From a virus (Duplodnaviria > Caudoviricetes): a stretch of 34,368 nucleotides of DNA. The translations under genes were made by a program, and so were the position numbers. Shown here piece by piece: positions 15,027-24,958 of this stretch. The stretch covers positions 1-34,368 of the IMG/VR virus record IMGVR_UViG_3300038312_000389. One strand, given 5' to 3'. The notes beneath the pieces were generated by a model. That model had not been told where the DNA came from. It saw nothing but the letters and a program-made list of their open reading frames with translations, and did no database searches. Position 1 is the stretch's first letter, and every line of letters starts with the position of its first letter.

Positions 15027-16259
15027 TTGAAAATATTCGGTAACATCAAGAAATTCTTTAATTCCAGTTTGCCGGGGGGGCTGGTGGAAGTCCCTGTTTA
15101 TGATCCGCTGCTCGGTAACGTCATGCGTTTTGTTGATCCGGAAACCGCGATGGCGGTTTCCACGGTTTATTCCTGCGTCCGCGTCCTGTCCGACAACGTC
15201 GCCTCGCTCCCTTGCAAGCTGTACACCCGCAGCGGTGAATACACCGCTGTGGCGGATTCGAATCCCCTGTACAATCTGCTGTTGCTTTCTCCCTGTCCGT
15301 CGATGTCCAGTTTCGATTTTTGGCGTTTCAACATCGAATCGCTGCTGCTCCGGCGTTTTTCGCTGTCGCTGATTATTCGAAGCGGGTCAAAAATTGTAAG
15401 ACTGGACCCGATTCACCCGAACCGGCTAATGGAGATCAAGCTCGATTCAGCAAAGAACCTCCAGTTCAAAATACAGGTAAACGATTCCGGCGAAGTCAAG
15501 GATTTCGGGGCAAACGATGTATTCTATGTCCCCTATGGAATCGGACGGGACGCGGCGCACCCTTATGGTCCCTTGGACTTTGCTGGTCGCCCGATCCGCA
15601 TGGCGGATATTTCCGAGGGTTTCCAGTATGACGCACTTAAAAACGGCGGCAAACCGAACGGCTATTGGTCCTCAAAGGACCGATTGAGCCAGGAAGATTT
15701 CGAGCGGCTGTCAAAACAGCTCAAAGAAAAAACCTCCGGCGGCAACCGTGGCGGCACTCCGTTGGTCGAAAACAGTGTTGAGTTTAAACAAATCACCCTG
15801 ACGGCTGCGGATTTGCAGATGGTCGAACAGCGGCGATACACCAAAGAGGATATTTGCGGTATCTTCGGGGTCCCGCCGCACAAGATCGGCGACACCAAAC
15901 AGGCAAAAGGCTGGTCCACGATGGAACAGGCGCAGACCGAATTTATCAACGACAGCCTGCTCCCCCTCCTAGTGCGTTATGAGCGCCAGATATCGCGTTA
16001 TCTGGTGCCGGTGGCGGAGCAGGGCAAAACCTATGCCAAATTCGTGCTTTCCGGCATCCTGCGCGGCGACATGAACACCCGCGCCAATTATTACACCAAA
16101 ATGCACATGATCGGTGTATTTTCGACGAATGAAATCCGTAAATTTGAAGAAATGAACCCGGTGGACGGTGGCGACGAGCATTTCCGCCCGGCGAATTTAA
16201 CCCCCCTTGATCAACCTGAACAGGATAACAACGACAATGAAAAACAAGAAACAGCGTAA
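15027..16259 (+). CDS. Portal protein, HK97 family
   Basis: AMAVSTVYSCVRVLSDNVASLP, EDICGIFGVPPHKIG, NEIRKFEEMNPVDGGD; TTG start 7 nt after GGAG. Confidence 0.96.
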   Translation: MKIFGNIKKFFNSSLPGGLVEVPVYDPLLGNVMRFVDPETAMAVSTVYSCVRVLSDNVASLPCKLYTRSGEYTAVADSNPLYNLLLLSPCPSMSSFDFWRFNIESLLLRRFSLSLIIRSGSKIVRLDPIHPNRLMEIKLDSAKNLQFKIQVNDSGEVKDFGANDVFYVPYGIGRDAAHPYGPLDFAGRPIRMADISEGFQYDALKNGGKPNGYWSSKDRLSQEDFERLSKQLKEKTSGGNRGGTPLVENSVEFKQITLTAADLQMVEQRRYTKEDICGIFGVPPHKIGDTKQAKGWSTMEQAQTEFINDSLLPLLVRYERQISRYLVPVAEQGKTYAKFVLSGILRGDMNTRANYYTKMHMIGVFSTNEIRKFEEMNPVDGGDEHFRPANLTPLDQPEQDNNDNEKQETA

Positions 16260-17007
16260 AATCAGTGCCATTTTGAATATGCGTACCGATAACTGGTTCA
16301 ATTTTAAGCCGTTTTCGGAGGAAAACGATTCGGTTGACCTGATGCTTTACGGCGTGATCGGCGGCGACTGGTTCGGTGATGGCGTACAGGCGGAAGATTT
16401 CAACCGCGATTTGAACCGGATCACCGCGTCAACCATCAATTTGCACATCAACAGCCCTGGCGGCTCCGTGTGGGATGGCTATGCGATCATGAACTCGCTG
16501 ATGGCATGGATGAACGCGAAGCCGGGCCGTACCATTGTGGGCCATGTGGATGGGATCGCCGCGTCCATCGCGTCCGCCATCCTGATGGCTGCGCCGGTAC
16601 GTAAAATGCCGTCCGCATCTCGATTGATGATACATGAGCCGTGGACATGGCTGGCCGGAAATGCCGCCGAGCTACGCGCCACGGCGGATGACCTTGATAA
16701 AATATCCGCCGACCTCGTTGATATCTACGCCAAAGCCACCGGGCAAACCCCGGAAAAAATAAAAGCGCTGATGACCGGCGCGGTGGACGGCACCTACCTG
16801 ACCGCCTCCGATGCTCTTTCGCTCGGATTTGCCACCGAAATTCTGGAATCCGTTCCGGTCGCGGCCTGTGCCGGGGCTGAAATGTACGACGGATTGCCCC
16901 GCGAACTTTATCCGAAAGACCAGCCCGGTGCGGATGCCGCTGCGCCGATTATTACCGCTCTCAATAACTCCATAAACAAAATCAAGGAGATCACCAATCA
17001 TGTCTGA
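16237..17007 (+). CDS. ClpP-like (S14) prohead protease
   Basis: INSPGGSVWDG, DGIAASIASAI, MIHEPW; start at 16237 or 16278. Confidence 0.93.
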   Translation: MKNKKQRKISAILNMRTDNWFNFKPFSEENDSVDLMLYGVIGGDWFGDGVQAEDFNRDLNRITASTINLHINSPGGSVWDGYAIMNSLMAWMNAKPGRTIVGHVDGIAASIASAILMAAPVRKMPSASRLMIHEPWTWLAGNAAELRATADDLDKISADLVDIYAKATGQTPEKIKALMTGAVDGTYLTASDALSLGFATEILESVPVAACAGAEMYDGLPRELYPKDQPGADAAAPIITALNNSINKIKEITNHV

Positions 17008-18253
17008 AACTACTGTCATCCTCACAAAAATCGAAGAACAGCAGACGGCATACGCCGCCTTGCAGGACGCGATCAAAAAAGAAAACAAAGAAGCCCAGGA
17101 CAAAGCGCTTGAACACTACAATCAGGCGAAGAAACAGGCCGACGCCGCGTTTGCCCTCCAGGAAGCCAACAAAGCCCAGCTCGAAAAGATCGAAGCGGAT
17201 GTCGCACAGCTTGCCGCCACCGGCGGCGGCGGCAAAAACGGCGGCAGCAAGTACAACGAAGCGCAGACCAAATATCGCGATGAATTCGCCAAATCGCTCC
17301 GCAATCAGACCATGCCCGGACCGATGAACAAAATGGCGATCGAGGCATTCGCGGAAATGGTTGAAAAGGATGCCAGCAAGGGCGGCTTTTTCGTATTCCC
17401 GGAGCTCTCCGGGCGGATTATTGAAATGGTGCCGAAAAACAACCCGATGCGCGGCCTTGCGGCCATCGAAAACATTTCCGGCAACACGCTTGAAATCCTC
17501 GCTGATCCGGAGGGAATTGAAGCGGAATGGTACGATGAAACCGAAACAATCAAAGACACCAAAACCGGAAAGATTTACAAGCACGATATCCCGGTTCACG
17601 GTCTCCGGGCCAAGATCAAAATTTCCCGTGATTTGGCGATGGACGCCCGCTATGACATTGAATCCAGGTTGATTCGCAAGGCCGGTACTGCGTTTGCCAA
17701 CGCCGAACGCGCGGCGAATATCAGCGGCAACGGCGTCAAGAAGCCGACCGGGCTTTTCACGGTGGACAAAGCAGCCGACGCTTCCAACCTCCAGTATGGC
17801 AAGGCCGGCTTCCTCAAGTCCGGCGCGGCCGCCGGCATCGGGACCAACATTGACCCGCTGCTCGATCTCATTTCCGCGCTTCCGAGTGTCTACCGCCCGA
17901 ACGCCCGGTTCATGGCGAACGCCGCCACTTTCAACTCGTTCAAAAAGCTGAAAGCCACGTCCTCGCTGGAGGGTTATTTGCTCTGGTCCCCCTCATTCAC
18001 CCCCGGCGAACCGGACCGTCTGCTCGGCTATTCGGCGGTCGAGAACGAAGCGTGTCCCGATATCGCCGCCGACAAGTTTCCGCTGGTGTTCGGCGATATT
18101 TATGAAGCCTATACCATCGTTGACCGCCAGACCATGTATGTCGTGATCGACTACATCTCGGATGATTCGTTCATCGTCTACAAGTTCTATTGGCGCGTCG
18201 GCGGTTCGTGGGTTAACACCCAGGCGTTTAAATTCCTGAAAATTGCCAGTTAA
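17000..18253 (+). CDS. Major capsid protein, HK97 fold with N-terminal coiled-coil (delta) region
   Basis: GGFFVFPE, GNGVKKPTGL, LWSPSFTPGEPDRLLGY, VFGD, RVGG. Confidence 0.96.
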   Translation: MSETTVILTKIEEQQTAYAALQDAIKKENKEAQDKALEHYNQAKKQADAAFALQEANKAQLEKIEADVAQLAATGGGGKNGGSKYNEAQTKYRDEFAKSLRNQTMPGPMNKMAIEAFAEMVEKDASKGGFFVFPELSGRIIEMVPKNNPMRGLAAIENISGNTLEILADPEGIEAEWYDETETIKDTKTGKIYKHDIPVHGLRAKIKISRDLAMDARYDIESRLIRKAGTAFANAERAANISGNGVKKPTGLFTVDKAADASNLQYGKAGFLKSGAAAGIGTNIDPLLDLISALPSVYRPNARFMANAATFNSFKKLKATSSLEGYLLWSPSFTPGEPDRLLGYSAVENEACPDIAADKFPLVFGDIYEAYTIVDRQTMYVVIDYISDDSFIVYKFYWRVGGSWVNTQAFKFLKIAS

Positions 18254-18266
18254 GGAGGTCAAAATC

Positions 18267-18704
18267 ATGCAGGATATCTACAACATCACCCAGGCGGCGG
18301 CGGTTATCCCCGCCGCTGTCGTCACCGCCTCTCCGGATGCGGTTGAAGTCGCGCTCGACGGCTCTTTCGATGCCGCCAAATTCATTATCAACACCGGCAC
18401 CACCGCCGAAACGCTCTCCGCGTCTCTCAAAATCGGCGTCCAGGTCGAAGCGTCCGACGATGGCGGCGCATCCTATCGCGTCGTTCGCGCCGACGAGATT
18501 CTCGGCGCCGAGCCGAACGCCTCCGGCGTCGTTTACGAACTTACCGACAAAGCCAAAGTCGGAATTTTTGAGTTCGGTTATGCCGGAGCGGCGGACAAGC
18601 TCAAAATTTCAGTCATTGTCACCGGGTCCATGACCACCGGCGTACCGCTGGCGGTCATCCTGGAAAAAGGCCACCTGCGCCTTGCTCCCCCGGATCGCTC
18701 GTAA
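18267..18704 (+). CDS. Putative capsid decoration/accessory protein
   Basis: AAGGAGG RBS; beta-rich; position directly after the major capsid gene. Confidence 0.65.
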   Translation: MQDIYNITQAAAVIPAAVVTASPDAVEVALDGSFDAAKFIINTGTTAETLSASLKIGVQVEASDDGGASYRVVRADEILGAEPNASGVVYELTDKAKVGIFEFGYAGAADKLKISVIVTGSMTTGVPLAVILEKGHLRLAPPDRS

Positions 18705-18719
18705 CCACCGCCTCCATCC

Positions 18720-18755
18720 GCCCGGCTCCCTGTTTGCTCCCGCAGGGGGCCGGGC
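18720..18755 (+). terminator. GC-rich hairpin after the capsid genes
   Basis: GCCCGGCTCCCTG pairs with CAGGGGGCCGGGC; poor U-tract. Confidence 0.5.
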
Positions 18756-18780
18756 ACCTTAAAAACTTTACGGAATCACC

Positions 18781-19314
18781 TTGAAATATCTTTCGAAACA
18801 ACTGATCACCGCGCCGAACCCGGCAGTCACGCCGGAGGAAGCCGCCGCGCAGCTCAATATTATCCATCTTGACGCCGCCGAGCGGACCGTGCTGGCCGCC
18901 AAGGTTGCCGCCGCCACGGATGCGGTGGAAAAGTATCTTCATCGCCCGGCGTCTCCTCAATCCTGGGCGTTTATCTTCCCTGTAGTACAAGGGGCGTTGT
19001 TGGAAATGTACTACGATCCAATCATTGAGGTGGAATCCATTTCCGCGTCCGGCGCGGATTTGCCGGAATTTGAGCTTCTGCCGCTGAATCCTCCGGCGGT
19101 CAAAGTTATTTCAACCGTCCCGCCCGGCGCGGAATACCTGACCGTGACCGCTCGTGTCGGTTTTGATCCGTTGCCGCCGTCCGTGCGCGAGGCGATATTA
19201 CAGCTCACGGCGGACCTGTACGAACACCGCGAAACGCAGCTCGAAACCAGCATCGCCGTGAACTCCTCGTTTGCGTTTATGCTGGACCGCTACAAACAGA
19301 TGGGGGCATACTGA
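18781..19314 (+). CDS. Head-tail connector (gp6-like)
   Basis: VTPEEAAAQLNI...AATDAVEKYL...PPSVREAILQLTADLYEHRE. Confidence 0.88.
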   Translation: MKYLSKQLITAPNPAVTPEEAAAQLNIIHLDAAERTVLAAKVAAATDAVEKYLHRPASPQSWAFIFPVVQGALLEMYYDPIIEVESISASGADLPEFELLPLNPPAVKVISTVPPGAEYLTVTARVGFDPLPPSVREAILQLTADLYEHRETQLETSIAVNSSFAFMLDRYKQMGAY

Positions 19315-19892
19315 TGAACTCCGGTCAACTGCGCCATAACGCCACGATACGACAGCCCCGATACGACCGCGACGGCAACGGACAGACTGTTACCTGCTGG
19401 CCGGTGTTCCGCCGCTGCCGGGCGCGTCTTACGCCGCTGGCGGGCACGGAATCACTGGTTGCCGGACAGGTTCAATCATCGATTACCCACAATTTACTGA
19501 TCCGCCACGTGGATGGGCTGTCCGAAAACATGATTGTCGTGATCGATGGGCGCGTGTTCCAGATCGGCGAAATCCGCCCGGACCCCACATTGGCCCGCCA
19601 CCAGTGGCTTAAACTTGCGGAACGGACCAATCCGAAGCCGAAACCGGGCGAAATCTGCCGTGTTTTCCGTGAATCATGTACTTTCTCCCTGGACGGTTTC
19701 ATCGATTGCGTCATCGTCCGCGTCAATGCCCCGGCGGTGATCAACTATGGCAGCGGCGAATCCATTGAAATTGACGCGGATTCCCCGCGCGAAATCTCCA
19801 TTTTTGAGGCTGGAACAGAGATTTTAATCACATTCAACACCAGGGCGGCGGATAACCGTGCCACCATTACCGGAGGATTGATCCATGATTGA
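19314..19892 (+). CDS. Head closure protein (SPP1 gp16-like) with C-terminal extension
   Basis: MNSGQLRHNATIRQP...IR...IDGRVFQI pattern in the first ~105 aa. Confidence 0.85.
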   Translation: MNSGQLRHNATIRQPRYDRDGNGQTVTCWPVFRRCRARLTPLAGTESLVAGQVQSSITHNLLIRHVDGLSENMIVVIDGRVFQIGEIRPDPTLARHQWLKLAERTNPKPKPGEICRVFRESCTFSLDGFIDCVIVRVNAPAVINYGSGESIEIDADSPREISIFEAGTEILITFNTRAADNRATITGGLIHD

Positions 19893-20373
19893 TGCTGAAA
19901 TATCAGGCGCGGACGCAATCAGGCGCGAATTGAAGCGGATCGAGGCGGAATTTCCCGAAAAAATACTGAATCCGGTTAAACGTACCGGCGCGGGCGTTAT
20001 CGCCAAGGCGGTTCGGCGCAACACCCCCACCCGATACGGTTTTTTGAAACGCTCGATCAAATCCGGCTTGACCAGCAAAAACAAAATCGGAAAAATCTTT
20101 GTCGACCGTGGCGCGGTGTTTGTCAACATCGACGGCAACACCCGCCGGATGAAACTTGGCAAGGGCGTCAAAATGCGCGACGCCAGAGGGCAGATTCGCG
20201 CCAGCAATCCCGGTGCCCGCTTTATCATTCCGGACAAATACGCGCCATTGGTGGAGTATGGCGCACGGGGGCGGCCCGGCGCGGCGATGTTTCGCCGGGG
20301 GGTCGAACAGTCGTCGCGGGAAGCCGTGGACGCGATGGCGAAAAAAGCGGATCAGCAATTTGCTAAACTGTAG
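19885..20373 (+). CDS. HK97 gp10-like neck/tail protein
   Basis: TPTRYGFLKRSI...YAPLVEYG. Confidence 0.85.
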   Translation: MIDAEISGADAIRRELKRIEAEFPEKILNPVKRTGAGVIAKAVRRNTPTRYGFLKRSIKSGLTSKNKIGKIFVDRGAVFVNIDGNTRRMKLGKGVKMRDARGQIRASNPGARFIIPDKYAPLVEYGARGRPGAAMFRRGVEQSSREAVDAMAKKADQQFAKL

Positions 20374-20381
20374 GGGAATTT

Positions 20382-20774
20382 ATGGGCTTTCGGCAAAAAC
20401 TTTTCAGCTATCTGGACGATGGACATTTGGGCGCGACCTGTTATTCGTCGCCGCTTCCGGCAACGGCGAACACCCCTTACGTGTTGGCGTCGATGATATC
20501 CTCCACCCCGAATCAGGATAATTTAGGCGCCACGGATACATTTGATCGGGTATGGCAGTTTGATATTTACGCGGATACGTTTGCGGAAATCGAACCGATC
20601 CGGGATCGGATATGGCAGCGGCTGAACCGCCCCGGCGAGTGGTTTTTTATGTCCGGCCTCCGCGTCTGGAACTGCCGGGTCGAATCGGAAATGGAAACAA
20701 CGGAACTGGAGATGCAATTTTCGGAAACGAAGCTCTCCAGATACACCATACAAGCAAGAATCATCACGGAATAA
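20382..20774 (+). CDS. Tail completion/terminator protein
   Basis: P...PYV, WQFDIYADT; position before the major tail protein. Confidence 0.75.
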   Translation: MGFRQKLFSYLDDGHLGATCYSSPLPATANTPYVLASMISSTPNQDNLGATDTFDRVWQFDIYADTFAEIEPIRDRIWQRLNRPGEWFFMSGLRVWNCRVESEMETTELEMQFSETKLSRYTIQARIITE

Positions 20775-20785
20775 GGAGATGAAAC

Positions 20786-21274
20786 ATGGGTGGACAAAAA
20801 TTTGACGGTAACGGCACCACTTTTCAACACAGCGACACTGCGATCAAAACCGGAATCAACACCATCGGCGCCGGCGGCTACTCGATCAGTGTGATCGATG
20901 ACAGCGACCTCGGCAACACGGCGGTATTGACCAAGATTCTGGCGAACCTGCGCGATCATTCCGACATCACCTTGAATGTCGATTTTGCCGCGCTCGGCAA
21001 GGTCCACTTTGTCGGGAAAAAAGAATGCGTGATCGGCTTTCCGCAGATCGGCGGGTCATTGACATTCTGGGGCGGAATCTCGGCGGTGGCGAATTCCACG
21101 TTTCAGAACGGACAATCCCCCACCTGCGATATCACCCTCACGGTTACGAATCTGAATGATGCGGGTGAAGAAACCCCGCCGGTGCTGAAGATCGGAGAGG
21201 ATGAAGTTTACGGCGCCGTAACCCCGCCTGAAACCCCGCCTGAAACCCCGCCTGAAACCCCGGCGGAAGGATAA
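20786..21274 (+). CDS. Major tail (tube) protein
   Basis: Position, strong RBS, beta-rich; C-terminal 12-bp repeat encoding (PETP)3. Confidence 0.75.
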   Translation: MGGQKFDGNGTTFQHSDTAIKTGINTIGAGGYSISVIDDSDLGNTAVLTKILANLRDHSDITLNVDFAALGKVHFVGKKECVIGFPQIGGSLTFWGGISAVANSTFQNGQSPTCDITLTVTNLNDAGEETPPVLKIGEDEVYGAVTPPETPPETPPETPAEG

Positions 21275-21280
21275 AAAATC

Positions 21281-21595
21281 ATGGATACTTTACGCAATAA
21301 ATTGATGCAGACTTGTAACCGCCATTTTCGCCCGGCGGTTCTGGAACTTGACGGGGAAAGATACGAAATCCTCGTCAAGACTTTTACCAGAAAAAACCTG
21401 ATCAAAATACTTAATGAAATCAAGGACCCGCTCCAGCAGAAAAAGATATTCTCCGGTTTGTTTCTCGACCCGGTCACGAAAGAGCCGTTTTTGGACGATG
21501 CGGTTATCGATTCGATGAAACAACGTGATATTCAGGCGCTTACCGAACTGTTTTTCCGCGTCAACACCGGCAGGGATATTGTCGCAAAAAAATAG
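21281..21595 (+). CDS. Tail assembly chaperone (G)
   Basis: Between tube and tape measure genes; ends GCA AAA AAA TAG. Confidence 0.8.
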   Translation: MDTLRNKLMQTCNRHFRPAVLELDGERYEILVKTFTRKNLIKILNEIKDPLQQKKIFSGLFLDPVTKEPFLDDAVIDSMKQRDIQALTELFFRVNTGRDIVAKK

Positions 21596-21948
21596 ATGCC
21601 GCCGACTACCTGCTGCACGAGCTTGCGGTGATCGGCGGCGAATTGCACGTGGACAAGCTTCAGGAGGATTTGACCCTGTACGAACAAGCACGTTGGCAAG
21701 CGTTTTTATCCGCCCGCGAACAGCGGCGGGATAAGCTCGAAATCTACCTTGCCCGGCTGATTTGGCGGCTCGGCCAGATTTTCGGCGCGGAAGAAACAAT
21801 GGACGATGTACTGATCCAGTGGGATAAGCCGCCGGCGGAAAAAGATGAGGTTACAAAACTTTCGCAAGAAGAACTGGCGCTCGGACTTGCCGCCATGATG
21901 GGCGCAAAAATTATCGATAAGCGGAAAAAAACGGAAAGCGGAAAATAA
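21586..21948 (+). CDS. Tail assembly chaperone T segment reached by -1 frameshift
   Basis: Slippery A AAA AAA at 21586-21592; the -1 frame is open from 21592 (IDAADYLLHELAVIGG...) to 21948. Confidence 0.75.
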   Translation, partial: KKIDAADYLLHELAVIGGELHVDKLQEDLTLYEQARWQAFLSAREQRRDKLEIYLARLIWRLGQIFGAEETMDDVLIQWDKPPAEKDEVTKLSQEELALGLAAMMGAKIIDKRKKTESGK

Positions 21949-21951
21949 GAA

Positions 21952-23703
21952 ATGGCGAAAAAAGGCATCGGCGACCTGGTCGTATATTTAAAAACGGATG
22001 AGAAAGACCTGAAAAAAGGGCTTAATACATCCAACAAAGTAATTAACGATTTCGCGGAATCCGCCAAAACCAAACTGATGGCGATTGGCGGCGCGGTCGC
22101 CGCCGGATTTACGGTCAGCGCCGCCTGGCAATACGTGGACAATACAATAACGAAACTGGACGCCATCGCCGACGCCGCCGAACGGCTGCAGGTGGGGACG
22201 GCGGAGTTTCAAACCATGTCCTACGCTGCTGAAATGACAACATCCAGCATGGAGGCGTTGGAAAAAGCCCTGCAACGCGCCCGCCTTACGATTTACGAGG
22301 CACGGGAGGGTAACAAGACGGCGGCGGAATCATTCGCTGCCATCGGCGTCTCAATCAAGGATTTGGACGGTCTGAATTCCAGCCAGATTTTGACACGCAT
22401 CGCCCAGGGATTGGAAACCATCACGGATGACACGGCAAAAGCGGCGCTTGCCGCGAAAATTTTCGGCAAAAGCGGCGTTGAGCTGGTCCCGATGCTTTCC
22501 CAACTCGAATACTTTAAGCAAGAACTTGAGGACACCAACCGGATTATTGCGGATGATGCCATTCAGGCGGCGGGGGCATACCGGGATTCGATCGATAAGC
22601 TGAATTTGTCCATGCAGGGAATGGTTGCCAATTCGGGGCTTATTCAATGGCTGGCGGATGTCGCGGACCGGATGGATTCACTGGCTTCCAGCACTGCGCG
22701 GATGGATAAGGCAATCAAACAGGGCGCAAGCGGTCCCCTGGTTGATAAAACAAGTAGAGCAGCTGATTTTTTGCTGGACTCGATGAGCTTTGGTTATGGC
22801 TCCGATTGGGCGGCGCAATATGCTCAATCAAGAGGAGTTAACCCTATCCGCATGGATTTGACCGAGGAGGATAAGTTTAAACTGGACACCTATCGGGAGG
22901 GCGTCCAGAACGGAACGGTTGACACCCCGGAGGAACGTCGACGTAAAAAAGAGGAAGCGCAGGCAACCGCGCGGGCGGCGGTGGAGGAAATGCGAAAAGC
23001 GGAAGCCCTCGTGAAAGCCAGAGAGGCGGCGGCGAAAGCGGAAGAAAAAATCGCCAAAACCTTAGAGGAAATTAACGAATCCTACCTTTTCCAGATTGAG
23101 TTTACCAAGGCGAACAATAAAGTCCTTGAGGATGAATATGAGCTGAAAAAGGCGATTTACGATGCGGAGAAACGCGCCGGGCGCGAATTGACCGGGATTG
23201 AGGAGGAGATTATCCGCGGAAACGTCCTTGCGTTGCAGGACGCGAAAAAAGTAAAAGCAGAAAAAGAAATCGCCAAAACACTTGACGAAATAAACGAATC
23301 CTATCTCGATCAGATCGATGCGATCGATGCGAAAAATAAAAAACTGACCGATGAATACGAACTGGAAAAAGCGATCCGCGACGTTGAGAAAAAAATCGAG
23401 CGTGAGTTGACCGATGAAGAATATTCGACCCTGCGCGGAAACATCCTTGCCTTGCAGGAGGCGCGGAAAAACGCGGTGGATAACGCCTTTAAAAATAACA
23501 TGGTGCAGGGCATGCAGCGCGGATCGCTGGAAGCATATCAGGCGCTCGGCAGACACACCACCGATTACCCCAAAAAACAAACCGAAATCGCGGAAAAACA
23601 ATTGCGCGAAACCGAAAATTTAAACAAAAACGTCACCGGCGTCATGAATCGTATCGTCTCTGATGCGGATACGAAACTTGTTCCGCTCAACCTGACGTTA
23701 TAA
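21952..23703 (+). CDS. Tape measure protein
   Basis: IGDLVVYLKTD N-terminus; Ala-rich helical sequence; internal 219-bp (73-aa) duplication at ~23050/23269. Confidence 0.92.
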   Translation: MAKKGIGDLVVYLKTDEKDLKKGLNTSNKVINDFAESAKTKLMAIGGAVAAGFTVSAAWQYVDNTITKLDAIADAAERLQVGTAEFQTMSYAAEMTTSSMEALEKALQRARLTIYEAREGNKTAAESFAAIGVSIKDLDGLNSSQILTRIAQGLETITDDTAKAALAAKIFGKSGVELVPMLSQLEYFKQELEDTNRIIADDAIQAAGAYRDSIDKLNLSMQGMVANSGLIQWLADVADRMDSLASSTARMDKAIKQGASGPLVDKTSRAADFLLDSMSFGYGSDWAAQYAQSRGVNPIRMDLTEEDKFKLDTYREGVQNGTVDTPEERRRKKEEAQATARAAVEEMRKAEALVKAREAAAKAEEKIAKTLEEINESYLFQIEFTKANNKVLEDEYELKKAIYDAEKRAGRELTGIEEEIIRGNVLALQDAKKVKAEKEIAKTLDEINESYLDQIDAIDAKNKKLTDEYELEKAIRDVEKKIERELTDEEYSTLRGNILALQEARKNAVDNAFKNNMVQGMQRGSLEAYQALGRHTTDYPKKQTEIAEKQLRETENLNKNVTGVMNRIVSDADTKLVPLNLTL

Positions 23704-23715
23704 GGAGCACTGAAT

Positions 23716-24663
23716 ATGCAGATCACAATAAGCAAGGTTGCGTCCGGCAGGTCGATTAACGTCACTAAAAACCTGCAATTTCAAACGCCGCAAGATGAAA
23801 TCAGCATCCTTTCCGCCCCCGGCGTAGTGGAGGAGGGCACGGAATTCCCCGGCATTCCCGGTGTGGTGGCCACCTCGGTAACCCTTACCCCTGTCGATTC
23901 GAAATTATGGACGATGACAGTTGTATATTCCCCGCGTAAATACGATTACGCGACGCCGGGCGCCATCCCGAAACCCTGGGAGGAGCCGGCGCGGATTACC
24001 CGCGATCCGCTTCCGGATGTAGTCAGGGTGCAGGATAAATGTTACAATGATGAGGATATCAAGGGCGACCCCACTACTCCGATCCTGCTTCCGACCGGGA
24101 CTGCTTTCGCCAATCCTCCGCTTGTGCCGGTGGGAGCCAGCCGGATCACGATTACCTGGAACGTCCAGTACAGCCAGGTCAATGACAGTGTATTCAGCGA
24201 TTGCGAATATACCTGTAACTCGCTGGACCTGACGATTGACGGTCGCCTTTACAAGGCCGGGACGCTCTACATGGAATTGTGTTACAACAACACCGCTTAC
24301 ACCTCGGATGGTACAAAATATAAAACCTGCGTCGCCAAAATTTTACATAATCCGGATGGTCACGCATTTAAGCCGCTCCTGATGGATTACAAGGCGTTTT
24401 TTATGGTCGAAATTGGTGAAGACACTGAAAGACAACTCCAGCCGATCAAGCTGAAAAATGGGCGATGGGGGCATTTCATTGGTGACAAAGAAGCAAAGCC
24501 GGTGACAGAGCCCGTCCCGATTGATTTTATGGGCGATCTGATCACCGACAACCCGGACGAAGTAAAAAACCTGAAGGCATCCTACGGAAATTTCGACTGT
24601 TTTTATAAGACCACGTGGGCGGATTTAAAAATCCCGGAAACAAAAGCAATCATCGAGAAATAA
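23716..24663 (+). CDS. Tail protein (post-TMP)
   Basis: AAGGAG RBS; position; beta-rich. Confidence 0.65.
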   Translation: MQITISKVASGRSINVTKNLQFQTPQDEISILSAPGVVEEGTEFPGIPGVVATSVTLTPVDSKLWTMTVVYSPRKYDYATPGAIPKPWEEPARITRDPLPDVVRVQDKCYNDEDIKGDPTTPILLPTGTAFANPPLVPVGASRITITWNVQYSQVNDSVFSDCEYTCNSLDLTIDGRLYKAGTLYMELCYNNTAYTSDGTKYKTCVAKILHNPDGHAFKPLLMDYKAFFMVEIGEDTERQLQPIKLKNGRWGHFIGDKEAKPVTEPVPIDFMGDLITDNPDEVKNLKASYGNFDCFYKTTWADLKIPETKAIIEK

Positions 24664-24664
24664 T

Positions 24665-24949
24665 ATGGCTCAATATTTCATGAATGAAAAAGATGCGGGA
24701 ATCATCCGCGACACCGTGAAACGTGTCGCGGCAGGATGGACCCCGCGCCCGCAGGTCACACCAAACCATCGTGACCCGGTCACTGATACAGAGGTCGAGG
24801 GCGGCGGCGTGGGGCTGTTGAAATCGGTGCCGTCTAGCGGGAGCGGTCGAGGGTCTTATGTGGATGTTGTTATTAATGAATTCGGGGATTTCGTTGAGAC
24901 CGGAGCGCCTAAGCCTGTGGTCATCCCTCGAATTTATCATATTGATTAG
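24665..24949 (+). CDS. Small tail-region protein
   Basis: 94 aa, tightly packed between tail genes. Confidence 0.6.
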   Translation: MAQYFMNEKDAGIIRDTVKRVAAGWTPRPQVTPNHRDPVTDTEVEGGGVGLLKSVPSSGSGRGSYVDVVINEFGDFVETGAPKPVVIPRIYHID

Positions 24950-24958
24950 AGGTAAATC

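Noticed and set aside
21220-21262. 12-bp repeat (ACCCCGCCTGAA) as a regulatory element
   Set aside because: It is in frame and encodes a Pro/Glu/Thr tail of the tube protein; most simply a low-complexity extension.
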